The notes: generated by a model not told the origin, from the sequence alone. A DNA stretch of 64,000 nucleotides from Bacteroidetes bacterium GWF2_41_31 (GCA_001769215.1 MEOL01000044.1:4219-68218), one strand, 5' to 3'. Positions 45,558-57,200 are shown, counted from the first letter of the stretch. Program-made: numbers and translations.

Positions 45558-47657
45558 TCATTCTTTCAATTCGTTCATGATAAACCCAAAAATTTCTGCT
45601 TTGTCCTTAATTCGTGAACTCAGTGTAAATGATCCATAATGCCCCACATCTTTCATGACTTTAAGCAGTACGGGATTGGTTTGAACGGCTCTGTTTTGCA
45701 GTCGTGCCACGAATTTATACGAATGAAAGGGGGGTACACGATCGTCATTTTCGGATGTAACTACCAACATCACAGGATAGTTGATTTCCTCCTTAATATT
45801 TTGATAAGGTGAATAGGTCAAAAGGTTAACAAAACTGGCGCTGTCTGTCGTTGTGCCAAATTCGGGTGTGTTAAAATGTCCAACCGTAAATTGTTCACTT
45901 CTGATCATATCCATTGGGGCTACAACGGGAACCACCACTTTAAACAAATCAGGCCGTTGTATGGCTGCTGCGGCCACTACCAGACCTCCGTTGGAGATTC
46001 CCGTGATGGCCAGCCTATCGGGATTTGTATATTTTTTTTCGATGAGAAATTCGGCTGCCGAAATAAAGTCATCAAAGGAGGTTTGTTTGTGTTTACCTCT
46101 TCCCTGTTTTGCCCAAACGATGCCTTTTTCGCCGCCGCCGCGGATGCTTGCAAAGGCATAAATTCCACCCTCATGAATAAAATGAACGATGGCCGGATCG
46201 AAGGATGGCTTTTCAACAACCCCAAATCCACCATAAGCTTCCAGAATCATCGGATTATTTCCATCCGGTATTAACCCTTTCTCATACACCAGGATTATGG
46301 GGATGGTTACACTATCGGAAGTGAGACATTCCAGCTCTTTATATTCGATGTTCTGGTAATCGAAAGTTACTCTTGTTGTTTTGGTAGGTTTATCTTTAAA
46401 TGTCTTGATATTAAAACGATAAACGACAGGGGGGATGGTATATGTCGACACACTGTACAGTACTTCTTCATCGTTGGGATTGCCGTTAAAACCGCGCACA
46501 GTGGTGGCAAGTTGAAAATCCATCCGGTGTAATAACTTTCCGTCATAATCAGCTATTGTGATGAGCTGATGCTGACCCTCCTTATAAATCAGTATCATGC
46601 GATCGGCGAAAGGAATCGCTTTTATAAGCAGTGCCTGTTTATATTCAGGTACAATTTCGCGCCAGTTATATAGGTTTGACGGATCAATTTCCACAATATT
46701 TCCATTGTTGTTTAAATAGGTATTGAAGCCAATAAATTTGCCGTTATGGTATTCGATGAGGTTCAGGTTGAACGATATATTGGACAGTAAAGGTCGCAGC
46801 TGAGTTGTTTCGGATTCGTAATCAATAAAGTAAAAGTTGATTTTATTGATTTCTTTGTTGTATTCCTTCAGAATAAAAAACCGCTCTTCGTCCAGTGTCT
46901 GAAAACTGAATTCCCTGTCGGGATGCTCACTTCTTTCAAAAATGAGTACGTCGTCACCTTGTTCGGTTTCTAATGAATGGTAAAACACCTTCTGTCCATA
47001 AGTTTTTCCAAAAGTCCCCTGTTGTTCGTAGGTTGAATAAAAGAAACCGTTGTCCCGCCATACGATATCAGAAAATTTGAGGCCGGTCAAATGATCATTC
47101 AAGTATCGCCGGGTAATGAGTGAAACGATCTTTAATTCGACAAAATCGCTGCCATCCCGGTTATAAGTAAACGCCATGTATTTTGAACCTTTCGATACAG
47201 TGTAATCTTTAATATCGATATAGTTGGCACTCGAAATATCCATGGGGTTCACGATAATCATGGGATCGGCATTCACCGATTTTTGATAAAATAGTGCCGG
47301 TACATTGTTGTCGTTGTAGTAGGCATAGGTAAAATAGTAGTCGCCTACTTTATGAGGAAACTCGAAATCAGCGTGCCTGTATTTATCAATACTTGGATAC
47401 GACTGGGTTTTGTTGGATGATATTGCAAGATATCTTTTTGCCAGTTTTTCCTCGCTTTTGAGCCAGTCCTGGGTTTCCGGGCTTGTTACGTTTTCCATCC
47501 GCCGGTATTTATCTTCCACAATGTAGTGATGATAAAATGTGTCTGTTACAGTAGATTCCGGGGCAACAATGCGTTCGTAGGTTTGTGCCCGGGTGTTTAA
47601 ACTTACTATCAGAATGGCTATACACAGGATAGTTCTATTCATTTTTCTATTGATCAT
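45558..47657 (-). CDS. S9-family prolyl oligopeptidase
   Basis: N-terminal beta-propeller region plus a C-terminal alpha/beta hydrolase with the nucleophile context GISNGGLVV. Confidence 0.9.
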   Translation of the reverse strand: MINRKMNRTILCIAILIVSLNTRAQTYERIVAPESTVTDTFYHHYIVEDKYRRMENVTSPETQDWLKSEEKLAKRYLAISSNKTQSYPSIDKYRHADFEFPHKVGDYYFTYAYYNDNNVPALFYQKSVNADPMIIVNPMDISSANYIDIKDYTVSKGSKYMAFTYNRDGSDFVELKIVSLITRRYLNDHLTGLKFSDIVWRDNGFFYSTYEQQGTFGKTYGQKVFYHSLETEQGDDVLIFERSEHPDREFSFQTLDEERFFILKEYNKEINKINFYFIDYESETTQLRPLLSNISFNLNLIEYHNGKFIGFNTYLNNNGNIVEIDPSNLYNWREIVPEYKQALLIKAIPFADRMILIYKEGQHQLITIADYDGKLLHRMDFQLATTVRGFNGNPNDEEVLYSVSTYTIPPVVYRFNIKTFKDKPTKTTRVTFDYQNIEYKELECLTSDSVTIPIILVYEKGLIPDGNNPMILEAYGGFGVVEKPSFDPAIVHFIHEGGIYAFASIRGGGEKGIVWAKQGRGKHKQTSFDDFISAAEFLIEKKYTNPDRLAITGISNGGLVVAAAAIQRPDLFKVVVPVVAPMDMIRSEQFTVGHFNTPEFGTTTDSASFVNLLTYSPYQNIKEEINYPVMLVVTSENDDRVPPFHSYKFVARLQNRAVQTNPVLLKVMKDVGHYGSFTLSSRIKDKAEIFGFIMNELKE

Positions 47658-47942
47658 TTATGATTAGTGATGTTGGTTTCTGCTTGTTTCGTGACAATCA
47701 TGCCTTGCTCATGTTCATTTATTTTTAATCATTTGGTTGGCTAAAATACAAAATTTGCCTGAATGCTTGTGCGAAAAATAATTGGTAGATAGATAGATTC
47801 ATGGGATTGTGAATTATAACTTGTAAGGCCTTTAATTCAACAATTCACAAATCGATAAACGAATGCTGGTTAAATTCTGGCAACCAGGCTATGTTTTGTT
47901 TGAAGTTTAAGAAAACGGTAGTTGATACCGGTTAGGGTTGTT

Positions 47943-48228
47943 GGTATAGGGTTTTAGACGTGAGATCAATCTCAATACCCCACATCGCCCAAAAGTAATT
48001 CACCAAAATAATGACTCTAAAAATCAAACCATTAAAATAAATCCCTAGATTTACCCCGCCAAACACCCGATGATCCATTTGCAATGAAAACAAAGAACCG
48101 ATTTAACTAATTATAAACGGTTATGATTGGATAATATAGTGACGATGAAATTAAATGAATACTAAAAGGAATTTTAACAACAAAGGCTTTATAATAGGCA
48201 AAGCGACAATTGTCGGTTCACAGATGTT
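47943..48228 (+). repeat. conserved non-coding element, copy 4 (5' variant I)
   Basis: It aligns with copies 1 and 5 along the full length. It contains the perfect palindrome CGACAATTGTCG (48204-48215) and ends at GATGTT, 35 nt before ATG 48264. Confidence 0.85.
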
Positions 48229-48263
48229 GGGTACAATTTTACGAAAGACAACAAAACAAACCA

Positions 48264-49271
48264 ATGACACATTTTCCAGTAACAAATTCTAATCTTTCAG
48301 CAACACATATAGGACTGTTTTTACAGGAAAAATATTCCTTGAGCAAAGACACCAAATGCCAATTAATAAAAGCTGGTATCAATGACACATACCTGGTAAC
48401 CGACAACATAGACAAATTTGTATTTAGAGTTTATAGTTTAAATTGGCGTTCAAAAACGGAGATTGATGAAGAAATTAAATTGCTGAATCAACTAAAAGCA
48501 AATGCCCTTTCAATTTCCTATCCACTTTCAGACAAAGAAAGCAACTACATACAAACACTAAACGCCCCGGAAGGTGACAGATTTGCAGTGCTTTTTACAT
48601 TTGCATCTGGTGAAAAACAACACGTAATTTCAGAACAAACTCATTTTCAAATTGGTCAACTTATGGCTCGACTTCATAAGATAACCAATAATCAGAAATT
48701 AAATCGCATAGACTATACACCCGAAGTAATTCTTATTGACTCATTAAAAAAAGTATCAGTCTTTTTGAAGAGTGATACAGAAGAAATGAACTTTATGAGA
48801 TCGGCTCAAACATACTTGTTAAAGGAGTTTGAAAATGCTGACATTTCGCAAATTAGACAAGGAATTGTTCATCTTGATATTTGGTTTGACAATCTAAACA
48901 TCACCACCGACAACCAGGTAACTATTTTCGACTTCGATTTCTGCGGAAACGGTTGGCTTTGCTTAGATATTGCTTACTATATTTTACAGCTTCACAACCT
49001 TGAGAAATATGAAGCTAAAGATTATCAACCTAAAGTTGACAGTTTTATTAAAGGGTATGAATCTGTAACATCAATAAAAGCAGAAGAAAAACGACTTACT
49101 CCAATGCTTGGTGTAAGTTTATACTTTTTCTATTTAGGTGTTCAATGTCAGCGTTACGACAATTGGTCGAACTCCTTTTTGAGTGAGAACTATTTGAAAA
49201 GATTTATCAATGGACTTGTTAAAAGGTACTATGATATTTATAAACTTGGGGACAATAAAAACTGTGCCTAA
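48264..49271 (+). CDS. phosphotransferase enzyme family protein (APH / homoserine-kinase-II-like)
   Basis: Catalytic loop HLDIWFDN and IFDFDF (DFG-like). The TTG at 48210 lies inside the repeat, so the ATG at 48264 is preferred. Confidence 0.75.
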   Translation: MTHFPVTNSNLSATHIGLFLQEKYSLSKDTKCQLIKAGINDTYLVTDNIDKFVFRVYSLNWRSKTEIDEEIKLLNQLKANALSISYPLSDKESNYIQTLNAPEGDRFAVLFTFASGEKQHVISEQTHFQIGQLMARLHKITNNQKLNRIDYTPEVILIDSLKKVSVFLKSDTEEMNFMRSAQTYLLKEFENADISQIRQGIVHLDIWFDNLNITTDNQVTIFDFDFCGNGWLCLDIAYYILQLHNLEKYEAKDYQPKVDSFIKGYESVTSIKAEEKRLTPMLGVSLYFFYLGVQCQRYDNWSNSFLSENYLKRFINGLVKRYYDIYKLGDNKNCA

Positions 49272-49466
49272 CAGCAGCTTCCCAAAAGTGGCAGTTCAAT
49301 GGTTAAATCATCCCGAAGCTTGCGGGATTGTGCTTCTATCAAGGTTTGCGGTATATTTGCAGTGAAGTGCTTCGAAATCGCCACCTTCGTATGCAAAACA
49401 TTATACACATGGTTGAGTACCCAAAATCCAACCCATGGATGAATAGAAATTAAAAAAGTAAGTCCT

Positions 49467-49757
49467 ATGAAAAGATTATTTATTCTTGTTATAGCCATGA
49501 CAACAGGTATTTGTATTTCTATTGCACAGAATCCTGTTTGGATGAATTACACCAATGGTGAGACCATTTCAGCAATAGCAGAAGATAACAAAAGTGTTTG
49601 GATAAGAACAATGGCCGGTTTAGTAAAATTTGACAAAACGTCGGAAATGTTAACCTATTTTACAGCTGCAAATTCGCCATTACCTCACAACATGATTTCT
49701 TCAATTGCCATCGACGGGTCTTTTATTCCCGGCAGATCTCATATCCAAATAGAGTAG
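49467..49757 (+). pseudogene. N-terminal fragment of a two-component-regulator-propeller (Reg_prop) sensor protein
   Basis: A signal peptide is followed by WMNYTNGETISAIAEDNKSVWIRTMAGLVKFDKTSE..NMISSIAIDG, typical of Reg_prop repeats. It ends after 96 aa at a G9 tract. Confidence 0.55.
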
Positions 49758-49812
49758 GGGGGGGGATTGTCCCATTTGTTGGAGGGTGGAGTTAAAGCAA
49801 TCACCTGAGACT

Positions 49813-49852
49813 GGCAAGCCTTAGAATTTTTTTAAGAGCTCTAAGGCTTGCC
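49813..49852. terminator. 13-bp perfect hairpin between convergent genes
   Basis: GGCAAGCCTTAGA-N14-TCTAAGGCTTGCC. The loop is T-rich and there is no trailing U-tract, so it is not a canonical intrinsic terminator. Confidence 0.4.
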
Positions 49853-49944
49853 CTAGATCAGGAACATTATTAATGGTATTGCCACAATTTTACAAGAAAA
49901 GGTTTCTTGCTTTTAAACCTTGTTGCGTTCTATAACTCTGATAG

Positions 49945-52467
49945 TTACTGAATCACCACCTTCCTTACTTCTGTGAAGTCATTTATTTGGATCTTTACGA
50001 AATAAAACCCTTTCGAAAGGTTGGTCAGGTTCAGAGTGGTTTTTTCGCCATACCAGTCAAATTGATTGATCGTGTTGCCCGTAAGGCTGGTGATGCGAAC
50101 ATCCGCTTTCTCAAAGGTAGTTTCTCCGTGAAATTCAAGCTGCATCAAACCATTGGAAGGGTTTGGAAAAAGAGAAATATAGGAGCCGAGGTTGTAATAG
50201 TTTTCGTCAATTGAAACGATCTCACCACCATCAATCGGCATGTCAGCAAAGGTAACCAGATTACAGGCTACATTCAACTCAGGGTTAAAGCCGGCACTGC
50301 AATCATCACAAGTAACTCCGGTTTCGCAATTGGGGTTGTTCGGATGGCATAAATCAACATAATTTTCATAAAAAACATAGCGCAACCCCAGTGTTTCGCC
50401 GGCAATATAGGGCGTTAAATTGTAATCGAACCAGGGGGCGATCGATCCCGGGCACCATCCGGCGCGGTCGTAGTACCATGTTCCGTTCTGTGGTTGACAG
50501 GCATCAGGATTGGGGTTGCAATCGACCCAGTTATGCTGTTCGAAAGTTTCTACCCCGTTTATCCATACGTGGTGCGTCGCTTCATAAAATTCGGCAGCAT
50601 TTGAGGTGTTGAGGTCGCCCCATCCATGGCCTGTAGAAACAAGTTTCAATTTTGCAGCTGCTGCGTTTTCTGCAAAGGTATGGCTCTTAACTTCCACGGG
50701 TTGTAAATCGGCATAGTCGCCAAATGGATAGACATCCCACCAAATATTGTCAATCAGGCTGTAATTGTGTTGTGGACTTCCTTCGTTGAAATTAAATTTT
50801 AGGTCGTATAAGTATCCATTGTCCAGCGTACCGCAATTTAACCTGAAAGAAACCTTACCCTGAAGTATCGACATATAATCTGTCAGGTCGATGGTGTGAG
50901 AACAGGCTACGCCATAAGGAGTGATATACCTGATAATTTCAACCCATTTTCCATCGTAACCCCTTGCATCGACACTTGCAACCCGGTCCCATTCACCGCA
51001 ACCGCCATCGGGGCAATTTACCTCCAAAGTGGCCACTATTTGATCAAATGCACCCATATAGCAGGGTAATTCGGCATCCACCACTTCCGAGGTATTGCCC
51101 GGGTTGAGCCATACATCGTCAACAGCCAGTACCTCCACGTCAGAAACAGCACTCACGACATTAATGTTGACATTTTTAGTGGCTGTGTAGCCGTAATTAT
51201 TGGTGGCTGTAATGGTTATCACATAATTGCCATAAGCGGGTACGGGCCACCATCCTGAATAATAACCTTCGCCCCAATCTGTGGGATCCAATTCCTGCCC
51301 ATTAACGCTAAACCGCACACTTGTTACCGAAAACAAATCAGGATATTCGATGTTTACATAAGCAGCCAGTTGAATATATCCAAGTTCAGGAACCATTACA
51401 TTTCCGGTAAGTGGGTTAACTGCCTCAATTTGGGGGACATGAGTAGACGGGTCAATGACCATAAATGAATTTAAAACAGGGGAGGCCGGGTCATAGGTGC
51501 CATTTCCTGGTTGGGTAGCTTCAATAACTACCTGGCCGGGACTTCCGGTCAGGGTTACGGTATTGCCGTCAATGGTTGCCGGACCTGATATCACTTCAAA
51601 AAATACTTCCAGACCAGAGGTTGCAGTGGCTACAAGGTCAAATGGTGCATCAGTTGTCAGGTGATGTGGTATCTGAGGGAAGGAAATAGCCTGATAACCA
51701 GGGTCGAGGGTGCCGTTAAAGTTGGAAGTAGCTCCTATTAGCGCGAAATTCATTAACTCAGCATTCCTTTCACCGGAGCCGGTTTCAGAAATGAGATGGG
51801 TTATGGAAGTGTTATCACCTCCGGGTTCTCCCTGATTAAACTTGTAATACAATTGCAGGTGTTCTTCAGTGCCCGTTAGCTCATTGTTCTTTATATCCTG
51901 TACTTCACTTTGTGACAGTCCTTTATCCCATACGCTAACCTCGTCGATCCTTCCTCCATAAACAAAATTGTATCCTCCAAGCAAACTTTTGCCGATACCA
52001 AAAGGTACATCGGGATTTGAAAACTGGCCAGAAGCAGGAGAACTACCCTTAAGAGCACCATTGACATACAGTAATACTGAGCTACCGTCATAGACCCATG
52101 CAAAATGTTGCCAAACCTGAGGTATGGCCGTATTAGCGGGTGCTACATATTCATGAAGTCCGGTGGTGGTTCTCAATCGACATTCCATTACGCCGTTATT
52201 CAATTGAATCATGTAAAATTCACCATTACCTGAACCCAGTCTGAATCCCATATAACCTTGTCCATAGGCCAGCTCATCGCACCAAAACCATCCGGTAATG
52301 GACAATGCATTTCCGGTTGGAACATACTGACCGGCTCCTTCAAGTATTACATAATCGTCTACCATATCGAAATGGAGGTACTGATTGGATTGGGACATTA
52401 AAAATACAGGCTGCAAAAAAGTTAAGAAGAGCAGCGTAAGTCGGAATACTTTGTAGATTTTTTTCAT
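49945..52467 (-). CDS. secreted LamG-like / PNGase-F-like multidomain protein with a T9SS type A sorting domain
   Basis: Signal peptide and an N-terminal concanavalin/LamG-like region. DRAGWCPG is a motif I associate with PNGase F C-terminal-like domains. The C-terminal FPNPSNG...GFYFVKIQ...VVIQ is the T9SS signal. Confidence 0.65.
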   Translation of the reverse strand: MKKIYKVFRLTLLFLTFLQPVFLMSQSNQYLHFDMVDDYVILEGAGQYVPTGNALSITGWFWCDELAYGQGYMGFRLGSGNGEFYMIQLNNGVMECRLRTTTGLHEYVAPANTAIPQVWQHFAWVYDGSSVLLYVNGALKGSSPASGQFSNPDVPFGIGKSLLGGYNFVYGGRIDEVSVWDKGLSQSEVQDIKNNELTGTEEHLQLYYKFNQGEPGGDNTSITHLISETGSGERNAELMNFALIGATSNFNGTLDPGYQAISFPQIPHHLTTDAPFDLVATATSGLEVFFEVISGPATIDGNTVTLTGSPGQVVIEATQPGNGTYDPASPVLNSFMVIDPSTHVPQIEAVNPLTGNVMVPELGYIQLAAYVNIEYPDLFSVTSVRFSVNGQELDPTDWGEGYYSGWWPVPAYGNYVITITATNNYGYTATKNVNINVVSAVSDVEVLAVDDVWLNPGNTSEVVDAELPCYMGAFDQIVATLEVNCPDGGCGEWDRVASVDARGYDGKWVEIIRYITPYGVACSHTIDLTDYMSILQGKVSFRLNCGTLDNGYLYDLKFNFNEGSPQHNYSLIDNIWWDVYPFGDYADLQPVEVKSHTFAENAAAAKLKLVSTGHGWGDLNTSNAAEFYEATHHVWINGVETFEQHNWVDCNPNPDACQPQNGTWYYDRAGWCPGSIAPWFDYNLTPYIAGETLGLRYVFYENYVDLCHPNNPNCETGVTCDDCSAGFNPELNVACNLVTFADMPIDGGEIVSIDENYYNLGSYISLFPNPSNGLMQLEFHGETTFEKADVRITSLTGNTINQFDWYGEKTTLNLTNLSKGFYFVKIQINDFTEVRKVVIQ

Positions 52468-52554
52468 GATAAAAGGATTTTGTAGTGACTAATTTATATT
52501 AAAGGTACTTCATTTTGAACTTATTATAAGTGGGTTTCTTCTAAATAATATTTT

Positions 52555-54198
52555 TTAAGGTATCCACCAGAGTTTGGTTTCCGGCGTATCGCCCCCTTGA
52601 TTTGCAACAGCATCAGCCCAGTTGGAGGTGTTGTATTCAACTTCGGATGGGGGATATGGCAATCTGTAATGACTAATAGGCTCGCCTTCCCTGGGGGTCA
52701 TCCCTGTACGTCGTGCCAAAGCATAGGCTTCGCCGGGTTGTCTGAAGGCATCCAGCCACCGCTGAGTATAAATAAAAGCCAATTTCTCTTCATCGGTGGT
52801 GACATTCCATAATCCAAACGCGTTTTGTACTGAAAACTGACCTAAGTTAGATGGAATTTGAATTAAAACAGGAAAAGTCATTCCTGAAGAAGGTAACTTG
52901 GACTTATCGGCTACCTCCATCCACCAATCAACAGAAGCGTTGAGCCCGTTCATATATTCATTTTCTCCCTGATCAGGATCCTGAGGAAGGCCAATTCCTC
53001 TGAAATAAGCTTCTGCAAGAATAAAATGAATTTCAGCCCCGGTAATTAACGGAATGGGCATGAAATCTTCATCCCTTACAATAAAATAATTGAAAGGTGA
53101 ATAAATACAGGTTTCACCCTTTATGTCAAAGGCTCCTGTCTGGTCGCGGTGTGAATCGTAAGGTATGCCTCCTGAAGGTGGTGTACTTGCTTCAGGAATT
53201 TGTGGATAAGCCACCCACTTGCTCACATTGTTTGTTTCAAAGAAGACATAGGCACGGGGATCGAAAATCCCACTTCCATCGGTACTGTCGTTGTACGACA
53301 TCTGATGCCAGATATTGGAACCCATACGCAGGTTTTTGTGTTCCCGGAACGACCAGTTCAAACTGGTATTTTTAAACCCCATTTGTAACGGCCATAAACA
53401 GGCACTTTCACCTAAATATTCTGTAAAATGATACCCCACAAATACAGGTCTTGCATTTTCAACAATTCCTTTTATGATCTCTCCTGCAAGGGCGGGTTCT
53501 TTTTCGCTCATGCGCATAGCATATCTCAATCTTAAGGAGTTGGCGAATTTTTGCCATTTTATCATATCACCACTAAATAGCGCATCGAAGCCGGAAAATG
53601 TCGGGAAAGGTTCTTCGGTAACGGCGGTTACATCGATGTTTTCGTCACACCACTTTAGTTCATCCAGCAAGAAGGTATAGATGGATTTCTGGGAATCGAA
53701 TTTTGGCCGAAGATATTCCAAGTCCTGAAAACCGTAGCCGGCATCTGAAAAGGGCATGTCTCCAAACATATCGGTCATCTTAAAGGTTTTGTAGGCAAGT
53801 GCAATCTTCAGCATGGCTCTCATATTGTTCGCCTCTGCTGAGTCAGGCAATAGTTTAAACCGGTTTTCCAATTCGCGAATGGCAGGCAGTGTATGATAAT
53901 AATTGCCCCACATATCTTCTGTACCAATGGTGAAGTTTCCCCATGCCTCTTTGGTTAATGCGGCTAACTGCGTTTGTTTGTACAATATTTCGTTGTTAAT
54001 ATACATCTGTTCATTTCCACTTAATACCAACGACTCAATTACACCATTAAACAGCGATCCATCACTGGCGGTGGTAAAACCATAAGGGTTGGTATTTATT
54101 TTATCAAAATCCTTGGTGCAGGAATCGAAAAATAAAGTGAGAATCAACACGAAGGTGATATAGGACAGTGACGATTTTATATGATTTGTGTTATACAT
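52555..54198 (-). CDS. SusD/RagB-family nutrient-binding outer membrane lipoprotein
   Basis: Lipobox FFDSC. Its position immediately downstream of SusC and its length of 547 aa fit the family. Confidence 0.85.
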   Translation of the reverse strand: MYNTNHIKSSLSYITFVLILTLFFDSCTKDFDKINTNPYGFTTASDGSLFNGVIESLVLSGNEQMYINNEILYKQTQLAALTKEAWGNFTIGTEDMWGNYYHTLPAIRELENRFKLLPDSAEANNMRAMLKIALAYKTFKMTDMFGDMPFSDAGYGFQDLEYLRPKFDSQKSIYTFLLDELKWCDENIDVTAVTEEPFPTFSGFDALFSGDMIKWQKFANSLRLRYAMRMSEKEPALAGEIIKGIVENARPVFVGYHFTEYLGESACLWPLQMGFKNTSLNWSFREHKNLRMGSNIWHQMSYNDSTDGSGIFDPRAYVFFETNNVSKWVAYPQIPEASTPPSGGIPYDSHRDQTGAFDIKGETCIYSPFNYFIVRDEDFMPIPLITGAEIHFILAEAYFRGIGLPQDPDQGENEYMNGLNASVDWWMEVADKSKLPSSGMTFPVLIQIPSNLGQFSVQNAFGLWNVTTDEEKLAFIYTQRWLDAFRQPGEAYALARRTGMTPREGEPISHYRLPYPPSEVEYNTSNWADAVANQGGDTPETKLWWIP

Positions 54199-54239
54199 TG
54201 TACTGTGTTTTTAAATAACTCAGGTGATTAATATTAACG

Positions 54240-57200
54240 TTAGAAAGAGGCATTGATAGCAAAAGTAAATGATCTGGAACTTGGCATCGATGCCCATTCA
54301 AATCCCTGTGCATTTCCCGAACCCATGATTCCTTCCGGATTAATTTTGTCAGGCAGTGTGGTGTAAATGTAAAACAGATCTCTTCCTACAATGGAGAGCT
54401 TCAGGTTTTGAAAAACCTTTGTTTTATTGATAAATTTCTGAGGAAATGAGTAGGACAATGAGATCTCCCGCATTTTTACCCATGTGTTTTCAACAATACC
54501 CGGGGTGGATAGAAATTTTCCCCAACCTCCGGCATTTGGCAAATATTTATAATAATAATGGACCACCTTGTCGTTGGGAGTTCCATCTTCGTGCACCCCA
54601 TCAAGTATGATTCCAATGTTACTCATATTGCCGGCAGGATCGGTATAGGGCAATCCTCCTCCTTCTCTTTCAATCAATGTTTCAGGGCTTTGACCCGATT
54701 GAAGGCCAATAACATAGGATCCCGAATAGATATCTCCCCCCCATTTTGTATCAATCAGAGTACCTAACCGAAATCCCTTGTAATACAGTTCGGTATACCA
54801 GCCGCCGATAAAGTCTGGTGATGCATTTCCAATGGCGACCCTTGTATCGGTAGTCAGATATTTCGTGCCTTCATCGTTTACCACCCGCTGTCCGTTTTCG
54901 TTATAAATATAATCATAACCGTAAATCGTACCATATTCATCTCCCTCGCGCAGAGCCATCGCCGGTCCGTTTAATCCCCATATATCAGCAAGTGGAAATA
55001 CTTCGGCATTTTCACCGAGGCTTATAATATGGTTTCTGTTTCTTGACAGGTTAATTCCTGTTTTAAACAAAATGGTAGGTGTTTGAATAGGAACCGCATT
55101 CAGTACAATTTCAAACCCTTTATTGGAAAGTGTTCCTTCGTTTATGGTAATATATGAGGAACCGGAGGAAGACGGTATTGGTAATCCTGGAAGAATCTGA
55201 GAATAGCTATAAGAATAATAGTAAGTAAAGTCAAAATCGATGCGGTTTTCAAAAAAGCCCAGGTTGAGGCCTCCTTCGTAGGCATCTACCCATTTGGGTG
55301 TTAAATTGAATGGGGGTATTGATCTGGGAAAGTAAGTTGTTTGCTCTCCTCCAAAGTTACCTGTTGAATAATAAAAGTCGGTCATATAAGGCGTATCCGT
55401 ACCTGATGCTGTTTGTGCAACGCCTCCCCGTAGTTTTACAAAATTCAGCCAGGATGCTTTGTCCTGGATATGAAATGCCTCTGAAGCAATGAAACTTACA
55501 GAAACTGAAGGATAAAAGAAGGAATTGCTATATGCAGGCAGGGTAGACGACCAGTCGTTTCTTCCGGTAAACTCTACAAATAGATAGTTATCGTATGATA
55601 AGTTTACAAACGAAAATACCGAATTAGTTCTTTGTCTGTTAATTCCTTCACCTGCTACCATTTCAGAGGCAGTATTTCCTGGCCGATCAACAATGGTATT
55701 ACCGTATTCATCTGTTGTATAGGTGGTTTCAGTAAAATTGCCAAACATATACATGTTCGGATAATACCAGGTTCCTGAATGTCCGCTCATGGTGTAGAAA
55801 TCGTAGTCCCAACGGCTGGCTCCAACCATAACTTTAGTGCTTATTTTGGAGTTGAAGATATTTGATTGTTCTCCGGTAAGAAAGGCTTCGAAAATATCAG
55901 AATAAGTCCGGCTTAAACTTTTTCCATAATAGCCTTCCTTTAAACCGATAACATCAATTGGTTTATCGCGGGTTTCAGATTGCTCCAGTGTAAAATCCCT
56001 TCCTACCCGTCCCGACAAATTTAACCAGGAGGTAATGTCGTAGGTAAGGGTAAGTCCTCCAAGATAATTATCTCGCTTCAACGTAGTATTGTTGTTGTAG
56101 TAATTCCACCATAAATTGGGATTTATATCATTGTACGGGTATCCTTCCTGCGGGTTCCGTGAACCATCAGCGTAAGCATAATGTTCTTTTTCTAAACCCT
56201 TGTAACTTCTTGGCCATGAATACAGATAGCCCTTGCTAAATGAATTGGCATCTTCACCCAATAAAGGACTGTTTAAGCGGTTATAGTTGGTGTAGGTCAA
56301 AGAAAGATCTGCTCTTACCTTATCTGATATTTTTAGATTGGTTCCCAGGTTAATGGTGGTGCGATCGTAATCACTGTTGTCAATAATGGCTTTGTGGTCT
56401 TGCCGTGTAATGGAAACGCGCATGGTTCCTACATCTCCACCACCTGATGCGGCAATATTATGTGTTTTTGTAGTTCCGGTATGAAAGTTCGATTTATAAT
56501 TATCCGGCTGGGGTGAATAGGGCCGCATTTCGCCATCCCACCATTTCACCATCTGCCCTTCCATTTTTGGTCCCCACGAAACCGCAGAACCATAATATCC
56601 AAATTCTGCAGTGGTAGAGGAGGTTCCGCCTTGTTGGTTGATGATTAAATTGCTGTTTCCATAGTTGGGGAGTAGTGCAGTGTCGCCATTCATGGGGAAA
56701 GTTGGAGGTGTAAAGGATACCGGGCCTCCGAACCCATAGGTGTTTTGAACTTCTCGAAAACGATAGGGTTGTATCATTTTTTGGCTAAAGTTGTATGTTA
56801 GGCCAATGCCTTTTCCTTTTTTACCCCTTTTGGTGGTAATTAAAATCACGCCATTGGCTCCCCTTGAACCATATAATGCAGAAGCAGCACCCCCTTTTAG
56901 TACAGTATAGTCTTCAATGTCCAGCGGGTTAATGTCTCCGATCGGGTTGCCCCAATCGGTGCCCCTTCCAATGTTTTCCAGTCCGGATGTGTTTTCCATC
57001 GGAACATTGTCGACTACAATTAAGGGTTGGTTATTACCAGAAAGGTTATTGTTTCCCCGGATGGTAATTCGTGTGGATCCTCCATCCACACCATCGCCTT
57101 GTGAAACCTGCACACCAGCTGATCTGCCGACAATGGCATCAATTACATTGGGAGTGTTGGATTGTACGATCAGGTCGATATCCATTTTCTGGGTTGAATA

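Noticed and set aside
48210-48263. The TTG start at 48210 for the phosphotransferase, and likewise the GTG at 61469 for the Crp gene and the TTG at 5186 for the AI-2E transporter.
   Set aside because: For the phosphotransferase and Crp genes, the upstream alternative starts lie inside the conserved non-coding element. For all three genes an in-frame ATG follows shortly after.
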